A stretch of 44,368 nucleotides of DNA from Basidiobolus meristosporus CBS 931.73 (lineage: Eukaryota; Fungi; Basidiobolomycota): contig MCFE01000697.1 in NCBI GenBank assembly GCA_002104905.1, positions 1-44,368 of the forward strand, in the 5' to 3' direction. Under the pieces are notes generated by a model. It saw only the letters and a list, made by a program, of their open reading frames with translations. It ran no database searches and was not told the DNA's origin. Position 1 is the first letter of the stretch; every line of letters begins with the position of its first letter. Both the position numbers and the translations under genes were made by a program. Shown here piece by piece: positions 30,101 to 39,629 of the stretch.

Positions 30101-30468
30101 AGGCGCCCACGAATACAAACCCCTATCCTCTGTCTTTCAGTTTCATGCTCAAGCACACTGGAGACAAGCTCCCCAATGATTTTGTCATGACATTCTTCAC
30201 TGAGCATGATTTCACGATCAAGGAGCCTCGTGACCTGATACTGAAGTGTGGTCGTGGGTATCGGTTTGTGGTGGCAACGCCGTGCGCAACCAAGCCCATC
30301 AAGCTGTCGGTGCGCTCGCCTTCCCAACACAACAACATATTCTCGTACTTCCCAGACGAGCATAGCTACGCAGCGGAGGTGTTCCTGAAGGAGCAGGGCA
30401 AGTGGACTCTGGCCTACCTAACCGGAAAGGATAAGTGGGTGCCATTTGCCCAGTACGAATGTCACTAG
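27198..30468 (+). CDS. CYK3: Cytokinesis protein Cyk3-like: N-terminal SH3 plus transglutaminase-like domain, multi-exon
   Basis: Small 5' exons give SH3 pieces VVKAIHDF..DLNFEKG / TIIEVIDS / EWYGKI..FGTFP; large exon has RAIFIWI, EGFAILFHEM..GLESYIITGYQKG, NHWWNAVKVNGEFRFID. The usual catalytic Cys aligns to Arg, consistent with an inactive fold. Confidence 0.8.
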
Positions 30469-30776
30469 CGGAAGCGCTCCGTCTATCTTGAATACATTTA
30501 TAAGAGCATCACTACTACTTTCTGGTTAAACTTCGATGTAAATGTGCTTTATTTCTAAACCATTCCGACGCGACTTTCATCCTTGATAAACCTCATATCA
30601 CCCCTGCATTCACCAATTAGATTCTTTCGGCCTATTTCCATGTCCCCTCCCATAGATACCGATCACACAACATGCTTGCTGTTCTTCGACAAATAAAGCA
30701 TAATGAGTGCAAGTGCTGGATATGAAGACATTAGTATGCATATTTATTCTTCCGAAGTAACATTGACGACGACTGG

Positions 30777-31809
30777 TTAGACAAATAATTTGATGATATC
30801 CGATAAGGTGATCACTTCGATGGCCTTGTCGTTCTCGACCACCCACACTCTGTGTGTATGAGCATCGATGATCTTTTGGAAAATCTCCGAGAGCGGAGCC
30901 TGCTTGGTGCAGGTCTTCAATGGGGTTCTACCGTGGTCGGTTTCCTAAGGGAGAGAAGGGTTAGTCACCAGATGAGCTACCTCGGACTATGCAAAAGTTA
31001 CCTTCAGGAACTCTGGAATGGCTTTGGTCAAATTGTTGAAGGCTTTGGGATTAAGTCCGCGTAGATCTGCTGCACTGAGCGCGGTGACCAGCTTTCCATC
31101 AGAGTCCACCACGGGAACTGCGGAATAATTGGATTCCGACATGGAATGGTATGTTTGCAAGGCAGAGTCGGTGTCCTTGGCGCTAAGGAGCTCCCGATCG
31201 CGGATCAACCCTAACTCGGAAATACTTTTGTTGATATCCACCTTGCCGCCAGCCTTAGGGTTGGCAATCAGGTATTTGATGATGTCGGATTGGGTGATGA
31301 TAAAGGGTGGTGAGTTGTTAATGTAATCATAGACAAGTGCCCTGTGTGTTCCACTGGAAAAAGCACTTAGGACCTGCGGGAGTTTGGCGGATTAAGTCAA
31401 GTGTTCGGAACAAACCAAAAAACAATCAGACGTTACTTTTTTCAACGAGTCGGTCGTCTCGGTCTCCACAATGCGATAACTCTCTCTCTCGTTATCCAAC
31501 GTCATCACCACCTCGATGTTCTCGTCGAGTTTCGCCAGCTTGTCGGTGTCCAGGGTGGTAGCCACCTCGCCGGAAGGCGTCTTGGTGATGGTAACGATGT
31601 ACGACAAGATATCCATGGAGTTGACGATGTTGACAATCTTTTTGGGGTTACTGTGACTATAGATAGGTAGGGAGACGATCCTGTGAGAGGCCATTTTGTT
31701 CAAGGCCTCTCGTCACGGTGATGGCAGGCTCGGCAGCTATTAAGGCCTTGCGCTCGCTGGATTGTTTCAAGTCAGCAGCGGTAATGTCAGCAATAAATCT
31801 CTCGGGCAT
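30777..31809 (-). CDS. Tandem CBS-domain protein (AMPK-gamma/Sds23-like); apparent +1 frameshift at ~31711-31715
   Basis: ITV(R)EALNKMASHRIVSLPIY, IVNSMDIL, YSAVPVVDSDGKLVTALSAADLRGL, HTHRVWVVENDKAIEVITLSDIIKLFV*. 'ACC GTG A CGA GAG GCC' has one base too many for TVREAL. Confidence 0.78.
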
Positions 31810-32836
31810 GATACTCGGCAAGCAAAAATAAATTAGGGAAATGAGGAAGATACAGCAGCTTGTGCAGTTATAAAGCCCGAGTCGTGGCTTAGTTGAGTAC
31901 AAATAAGACTTAATAATGAAGAAGGTTTCGTGTAAAGCAGATGGGTTGTCTAAGGTCACCTGTATCGTCCATATGATTGGCCAGAATTGTCACAAGCCAA
32001 CCATGACATTGGTACAAGAAACGTAATCGATTTAACTTAGTTAGGCATAAACCATCCTAAACTGCCCAAATATCATGGCATTGTCGCAATATGCCATTCA
32101 TAGGAGGCTGCAGCTTCAGAAATTCTGCACATTTCGATAATGCGGTGAAACTTTTACCGTTATAGAACAGTCTCGGCTAGTTGTGACCTACGTATCGCCT
32201 GTTTGTGATCATCCCGAAGTCCACATTGAGGGCTAGGGTCATACACCGTAGCACGAATTCAGTTCTGGAATTCTAAGGGTCTCTCCACTTGCGAGAACGG
32301 TTAAGCATTTGGAAAGCGGGTTAGTTAATGCGCAGTTTTACTCAAATAACTGCTGCTATAACGTCATGCGATTGGCATGAAGGAATATTTATAGATATTT
32401 ATATTTAACTCCACCCAAATTCCCCTTTTGGCCATCACAAATCTTTAGAAGTTCTATGTAAGGAAATGCTGGGTAGTGAACCTGGGAAGGTTTGTTATTA
32501 CCAAACAAGATAAGAACAAACGAAGTATATCACAAAGAAGTGCACCTCTCGAAGTAACCATTACTGAGTTGAAGCATTCCGATCACAAACACACTGTTTT
32601 CGAAACCTCCTAATATGTTGAAGTGACAACTTCAGAGTTCCCGAATATGTCATTCTAATTGATGTGACCCTTCCTTATGATACTTCCTTACTGCACGAGT
32701 CAAAAACACTAGTCGCGTGGAATAGCCTATTTCAGTATACTTTCATGTTACGTCAAACGCCTCGCTGCCTGGGTATAAATTTCCCAACAGGTTCCCATTT
32801 TCCTTCACAGTTTCGCATTTACTTTTCTTTACAGCA

Positions 32837-34235
32837 ATGGCTCTCAAGAAGGTGATTTGCAGATAATCACCACTGGTTTTTCATGTATCTAACATGTAAT
32901 TACCCCTGTAGGCTTGCCTCGTAGCTTTACTGGCTTACTTTAGTACTCAGGCCAATGCCGCCTGTCCCGAGTCTGCTCCCTGTTACTCTGGAGGCCGGTG
33001 TGGTGTTGGTCATAATTGCATCGCCACTATTTGCGACCCTGCCAAGAGTTATTCAGCTGATAGTTGCCATCCCAAGCCACAATGTGTCGATTTTGTTGAT
33101 ACCTTCTCCAGAGATGATGTTGCGGAGTTTTCCAAGTTCGACGGAAATCCAAATAGTGGTTACGAGTGGGTGAGTGAATTTATTCCAAACCACGCGGCAG
33201 TCGAGGATGGAGAGCTCGTCCTGAGCATGCCATTGGGAACTCACAGAAACTCGTATGGCCGTCTACAAGGATTCGGAGCTACAGTCACCTCTGTTAGGTG
33301 GATTCAATACGGTAATGTTACAGCAAGGGTCAAGACAGCTTCCACTTCTCCCGGTGTCGTGACCTCCTTCATCATCCGCAATCCTGAAGGGGATGAGATC
33401 GATTTTGAATGGGTTGGTGGCAGTCCTGACCAGGTTCAGACAAACTATTATTACAACGGCATCTTGGACTACAAAAACGGCAGGAAGACGCCTGTCGGGA
33501 GCAATACTGCTGACGGGTTTAATGAATACATGTTCCAATGGGAAGAGGATTTCATCAAATTTTGGGTGAACAATAAGGTGATCAGAACTGTTTACAAGAA
33601 GGATACCTGGGATGAGAAATTGAAAGTATACAAGTACCCCGCTAAGCTAGCCCAAGTTCATCTCGGCATCTGGGATGGAGGTCGTGGTGCTCTTGGGACT
33701 ATGGAGTGGGCTGGTGGACCAACCAACTGGAGCAATCCCAAAACTGTATACAAGGCCTATTACAACTACGTCAGTATCCAGTGCAAGTACAGCAGCAATC
33801 CAACTCAGCAATGGCCTACCAAGAGCATCGATTTTCCAAACTTTGCTACCTCCAAGACCTATTCAACCGCCTCTACTAGCTCTGCTCACTCTTGTTACCT
33901 CCTCCAAGACCTCTTCAACCGCCTCCACTAATTCAGCTCACTTTATTACCTCCTCCAAGACCTCTTCAACCGCCTCTACTAGCTCTGCTCACTCTGGTTC
34001 CTCCTCCAAGACCTCTTCAACCGCCTCCCCCAGTTCGGCTAACTTTGCTGTCACCTCTCAGAGCCTTTCAACCACTTCAGCACCTTTCGAGGCCTCAGAC
34101 ATTTCAAAAGTTGTCAACCTTATTCCAACGAACCTTCCTCCTTCCGCGGAGCATGTGAATTCAGCAAACACAGTCAAGCTTGGATCAGTTTTACTAAGTG
34201 CAGCACTATTTCTTACTACCTATATCTATCAATAG
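32837..34235 (+). CDS. GH16 Crh/Utr2-type chitin transglycosylase with S/T repeats and GPI signal; apparent +1 frameshift at ~33891-33893
   Basis: ATG 32837 plus one intron; signal peptide; Cys-rich N-terminus; GVVTSFI, DEIDFEWVG catalytic motif, LGIWDGG. The second frame carries the S/T repeats and hydrophobic tail VLLSAALFLTTYIYQ. Confidence 0.85.
33848..34050 (+). repeat. Coding minisatellite, ~4 x 51 bp (TSSKTSSTASTxSAHxx)
   Basis: Recurrent ACCTCC(TCC)AAGACCTCTTCAACCGCCTC units inside the GH16 stalk. Confidence 0.85.
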
Positions 34236-35226
34236 CTACAAACGTAAATCTGGATTTATCCAGCAGGAACCTTACGCTTTGCCAAAAATAAATTAAGATA
34301 AACACGCTGTCCAACAACCACATCAGCATCACAGTAGTGCAGTGGTTGCTCAGATATCGAGATTTGACAACAATGCATGATAATTTATACGTTGAATATT
34401 CAGATGAATGTATGAACTCCCGACCCTCATCACATCGAAATAATATTGATGCCACGAAAGGGTGCTAAGATGTTCTTTTCGTCTACGCTTATGTTGACGC
34501 TCTTAAACTACAGAGTAGTAACAAGCCTATGGTGCTAAGAGGCTTATGAGCAACACGGATTATAAGCGGTGCCGCACGATAATGAACTCGAAAATGCCAA
34601 CTCTGACTTTATATGATTGATCAAAATATGGGAAATCATCGAATTTATGAGCCCATTTCTATTTTTATCAGAAGCTGTCTAACCATTTCTACGTATAGAA
34701 AATTCATCCATGATTACACATAATCGCGTGCCAGGTTCTATCATCTATCAGTAACCATGTAGGTTAGTTGACTACATAAAGCTATTTCTTCAACATACTA
34801 CTTCACGCCATGCAATCGGGAAGGCCGGAGTTGAAGTGTGACTGGCTGTTATTCAGGAAAGATCAGCAACGGAGTAGATGTGTTACTGAATTTTGGCTTA
34901 TAAGTTCAAATTGGTCACACTGGTCTTTTATTCATGCTAAATTTAGCCATATTTGGTTGGCTATTCAAGTATTCCTCGGGAGTTGAAAGATGCTTCTCGT
35001 GCTATTTAATATATCCATGCTTCCACGGCCATCGCTGATATATGCCCGCAATCCGTCACTTGTGGTATGTCATGCTACACAAAGCATCAGGTACCAGAGC
35101 AGAGAGTACTATACAAAAGAGAGATTTCTGGCCAAATATTCTCATCTGTCATTGTTCAAGAGTATAAAGAGACTAGATATCTAACTCTTTGACAATCATC
35201 AATCTAACCAACCTTACTACGAAGGC

Positions 35227-36141
35227 ATGAGAGTCCCATCCTATTTGCTTGCTGCTGCATCTCTATGTGCCTTGAATTCCGTGTCCGGCCACATGGAAAT
35301 TCAATCTCCCGCGCCTCGAAAGTCTACCTTTAGCAAGTACTATCAGTCCATTGGAGATATCGATTACGATATGAACGGTCCATTGGGAGTATTCCCTTGC
35401 AAAGGTTATAAGCCAGGAAAAGTCGAGTACACCTACAATGCTGGGGATACCGTGAAAGTTCAATTCGCCCCTGGAAATACCCACAACGGCGGACATTGCC
35501 AGTTTGCTCTCTCCTACGATAATGACCAGACATTTGTCGTTTTGAAAACGGTTGTCCGTAACTGCTTCAAGGATGGCCTCACTTTCGATGTCCCTATTCC
35601 CGCTACTGCCCCTCCCAGCAACCGTGCTACCTTAGCCTGGACTTGGGTTAATGCTGAGGGTAACCGGGAGTACTACATGAACTGTGTTGACATTACTATC
35701 AACGGTGGGGTCCCAGGCGGAACAGTCACCGGTCCGAAGCTTATGGTCGCTAACCTTCCTGGTTACCCTACTATTCCTGAATTTGATATTGGCGAAGGGG
35801 ATGGTCATGAGTTGCTGGATAAACGTCCTATCATTACTGTCGGGGCTACCGGTGGAGGCGTGAATCCCGACCCAACTACCACAGTGAAGCCCACCACGAC
35901 TGCTAAGCCTACAACAACCGCCAAGCCCACAACTACAACTACCGCTACCTCCGCCAAGCCAACCACAACTAATGATCCCGGAGCTGGTGCATGTGCCGGA
36001 GTGGCAGCCTGGAGTGCAGGTACTGCGTACAATGGCTCCCAGAAAGTCACTTACAGCGGGCACCTTTGGCAAGCTAAGTGGTGGACCCAGAATGAAACTC
36101 CCGGCCAGCAAGGAGTCTGGACCGATTTAGGGGCCTGTTAA
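35227..36141 (+). CDS. AA11-type lytic polysaccharide monooxygenase with Thr/Pro linker and C-terminal CBM5/12 chitin-binding domain, intronless
   Basis: His directly after the signal peptide (VSG|HME), second His in THNGGHCQFALSYD, LAWTWVN..GNREYYMNC (AA11 motif with axial Tyr); C-terminal AWSAGTAYNGSQKVTYSGHLWQAKWWTQNETPG..VWTDLGAC. Confidence 0.85.
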   Translation: MRVPSYLLAAASLCALNSVSGHMEIQSPAPRKSTFSKYYQSIGDIDYDMNGPLGVFPCKGYKPGKVEYTYNAGDTVKVQFAPGNTHNGGHCQFALSYDNDQTFVVLKTVVRNCFKDGLTFDVPIPATAPPSNRATLAWTWVNAEGNREYYMNCVDITINGGVPGGTVTGPKLMVANLPGYPTIPEFDIGEGDGHELLDKRPIITVGATGGGVNPDPTTTVKPTTTAKPTTTAKPTTTTTATSAKPTTTNDPGAGACAGVAAWSAGTAYNGSQKVTYSGHLWQAKWWTQNETPGQQGVWTDLGAC

Positions 36142-36475
36142 ATGAATGCTCTCAATAAATCATTGATTTTCAATCGATTGGGCTGAATCTTGGAATATAA
36201 TATGCTTGAATGAGAGGTAACGGAGCATGCACCGATTCACCAACAGAGTCAATCCACACCATACACACATCACACATACACAAAAGAGGCAATATACAGC
36301 ATATACAGATCCACCAAAAGGGTGAATGTTCTGAATCGCGTGCTCCAAGTGTGTGTTCAATGTAGCTAAGATCTACCAAGATTTCCATATGCAGCGGCGG
36401 TTTCTTATCATAGTTCCAGCCCATCTTGTTTCACGTGTTGTATAAAATTCGCCTCATGAGAACGTGGGCAGCAAC

Positions 36476-37793
36476 ATGAAGGTTACTGGAATTCATCTTT
36501 TGACACTCTCGGCAGCTATCGTCTTAACTACCGTCTCTCTCCCATTAGTGTTGGCTGACGATGACAAGGTAATTGTTGGGTATTATGCTCCTTGGGGGAA
36601 CGTTCGGCCTAGCCAGCTTAGTTTCGACAAGGTTACCCACATCAATTATTGTAAGTAATGGTAGCTTGGTCCACTATGTATTTCTCCTTTCTAACGGTTG
36701 CATTAAGGTTTCGGTGTGCTGGTGAGTAGAGATGACCCAGCAAACATTCTCCATAGATCCCGAATATGACGGCGACGCCATAAACCAGCTGAAGCAGCTA
36801 GCCACCTCCAAAGGTGTCAAAATTCAGATTTCACTAGGTGGCTGGACAGGGAGCCAAACGTTTTCCCTGATGGCCCGTGATCCACTTCTTCGCCAGAAAT
36901 TCATTAACAACGCCCTTGTTTTTGTTCGTAAAAATACAAAGCCCGATGGCCAAGTTCCGAGTGGATGGGATTTGGATGGAATTGACATCGATTGGGAATA
37001 TCCCGGAAGAAAGGGGGTTGTTTGTAACGTGTATAATGCTGCAGATACCGAAAACTATCTGAATTTGCTAAAAGAGCTACGTACTGCTCTTGATAAAGAA
37101 TTCCCGAGCGAACACAAGCTACTTACTGCCGCGGTCAGGGTTCAGCCATTTGACGGGCCTAATGGTAAACCACTAAAGGATGTATCGGAATTTGCTGCCT
37201 ACCTTGATTTTATCAACGTAATGGCATATGACCTCTGTGGGAATGCCACTACTGGCCCTAACGCTCCATTCAACTACGACCCCAAGGGGCAGAAAAAATA
37301 TTCTTTTCGACAAGCTGCATCAGCTTGGTTGGCAGCCAACTGGCCTGCTGACAAACTAGTTATGGGGTTGCCATTTTATGGCCGATCAGCAACAGCTACT
37401 GTTGATATGAACACCAACCCTTCTAATCAGTTTGTTGCCAAGTCACCTGTGGTGCCAAAGGGAGACCCTTCAGATACCAACACGCCGAATAAGCTATGTA
37501 ATGAAGGCGCAGTCTACAGCGGCCAGTGGACATGGAGATATCTTCGGAGCGAGATCCTTAGAGATGGACCCGCCAGTCCTATCCATGGTTGGAGAAGGTA
37601 TTGGGATAATATAACACAAACCCCCTGGTTATTTCATTCCATTAGCAAGATGTATATCTCCTATGATGATCCCCATTCACTAAAGGTCAAGGCAGACTAT
37701 TCTAAGCAACAAGGCTTTCGTGGGCTGATGTTCTGGGATATGGCGGACGATTCAAATGATGAGCTGCTGAATTCCATTCAGAAGATCCGTTGA
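36476..37793 (+). CDS. GH18 chitinase, secreted, one intron (~36652-36708)
   Basis: Signal peptide; IVGYYAPW, VTHINY(C/G)FG, SLGGW, DGIDIDWEYPG (DxDxE intact), DFINVMAYD, ISYDDP.SL..K, GLMFW. Confidence 0.93.
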
Positions 37794-39074
37794 TTGAATC
37801 GCATCTCTGCACTCCAAAGCCGGAGCTAGTAGATCAAGTAAACAGTGAGCAAGTGTTTCATCTGATTAAAAACCCTCATTTATTGTATTGATAGGCAGAG
37901 CCATCCAGATATTAGTTAATATCTGATTGCAGCGGCGATGACTCCAACCCTTTCTATATATACCAACGTCCTAGTACATATCATCAGATCCTCAGTCAAG
38001 GGTCAATCATGAGATTACCACAAGAGCTAGATGATTAACTCACATTCGTGTCACAAACAACAAATACTTTCACTCATTGAAATGTAACGAGGCTGTAAGC
38101 TTATTACTGGTTAGGAACTGAGCCAAAGGGGTTCCAAGAAGATGTAGAAAAGTACTGTTCGTGGGATCGCAAAGCTTTTAACATTTTGATTGTCTGAAGT
38201 AATACTGGAATCGATGCTATATCTAGCAGATAATGTTCTGTTCATTTTATCTCGTCTCCTACAGCCGGGTGTAGAATGCATATATTTCAGGCTTCAATTC
38301 TAATATCCAAGACAAATATTGTTTATAAAGAAGCTGGCTGGCTACTCCCACTGAATATGCAAAAGCAGGTTAAAATTCTAATCATTGTGTTCAACAAGCC
38401 ATCACCCATAGATTGAAATGGAAATGCCTGGCCTCAATCCGGGCTATTGCTTGGTTAAGCCAAGGTTGGGATGGCTGCTGGTCTACAATTTTCCACATTG
38501 TGCCTTTATATGTAGCAAGTTGGCTAGAGATCCCGGAAGTTTTGCAACTTGAAGAAAAAAGGGCGGTTTTTACTTGTTGGCTTATTGAACTGGAATAAAC
38601 ATCTATGCTTTAGGTAAAATATCAAAAAAGTCATGCCAGGAATGCCCAAAGAAAACTTTCAGAAACCGGTATCCTGGTAATTATGCACAACTTACAGTAA
38701 CTTATGTTGTTACGTCTGGCCTTAAAGGCAACCCTTGTGTTACACTTAATACAAATCTACGGGATAAGGACTGGAACTAATCAATCCTCTGTTGTAAAGT
38801 TGATCCATTCCATAGCTGGAAGTGAAGGTGTACTAAAACATCAGAACTCTTGAAGACATTGTTAGCCTTAACAATTGATGCTTGAACTTGTTGAAAACAA
38901 TTCACCAAAGTACATTCAATGGAGTTTAGAAAACTGGCATAGCCCCCAAATTAAATCTAAGATCTATTAACTAGGCTTAGCTTACAGCTCCTCAGCTTAT
39001 ATGATGGTACCGCAAATGTTGTCATGGAATACATGGAGAAATTGGATCTAGTCAACATTCTATGTAGCAGAGCA

Positions 39075-39337
39075 TAGGGTGGGGGGGGGGAGGAGATTTA
39101 ACAAGTGGTGAAATCTTGGTTTACTAATGACAAGTAACTGAAGTGTCAAGTTGATCAGAAGTTATTCCCAGAAAGCTAAGTATGAGTGACATCTTCCTGA
39201 TAAACCATGTCTGAGAGCTGAGAAGCTGAGTTGTATTGAATTTCCTAGTTATCTAAGTCTGAGAGAGGATTTCTAAAAAGCCAAGCCTGAGAAGTGAGAA
39301 TCTGGGTATATCTGAGGTGAGTTGTACTGATTTGCAG
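39075..39337 (-). mobile_element. Non-coding retro-element B, copy 1 (diverged)
   Basis: Begins TAGGGT+G10, then CAAGTGGTGAAATC; aligns along its whole length with 42824-43083. Confidence 0.75.
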
Positions 39338-39609
39338 TTAGGGGGGGGGAGACAGTCACCAACAGGTGGAATCCTTAATTCAGCTGAAACAAAGATGCCA
39401 GTGCTATTGTTATAGCTCTAATACAAAAGTGTGTAGTTTAGGGGAATTGGTGGGGAACTTGATAAGGAGAGATGATAGCTCCTCAGTGCTAAAAACATTG
39501 TTCAAAGGGGTAAGGGGGTAGCCAGCCAGGTAAGAATGATTTATGAATAACAATAATAAGGGGAATATGAAATGGATTGATACTCATCAAAAAGGGAGTG
39601 TGCTGTTTC
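39338..39609 (-). mobile_element. 5'-truncated, diverged 3' fragment (~270 bp) of LINE A
   Basis: Begins TTA+G9-AGACAGTCACCAACAGGTG; collinear with 39630-39895. Confidence 0.85.
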
Positions 39610-39629
39610 TTAGAGGGGGGGAGATAGTC

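Noticed and set aside
30555-30846. ORF 30610-30846 as a separate gene or CBS C-terminus
   Set aside because: The CBS frame ends at TAA 30777-30779 (ITLSDIIKLFV*); the listed ORF is off-frame 3' UTR.
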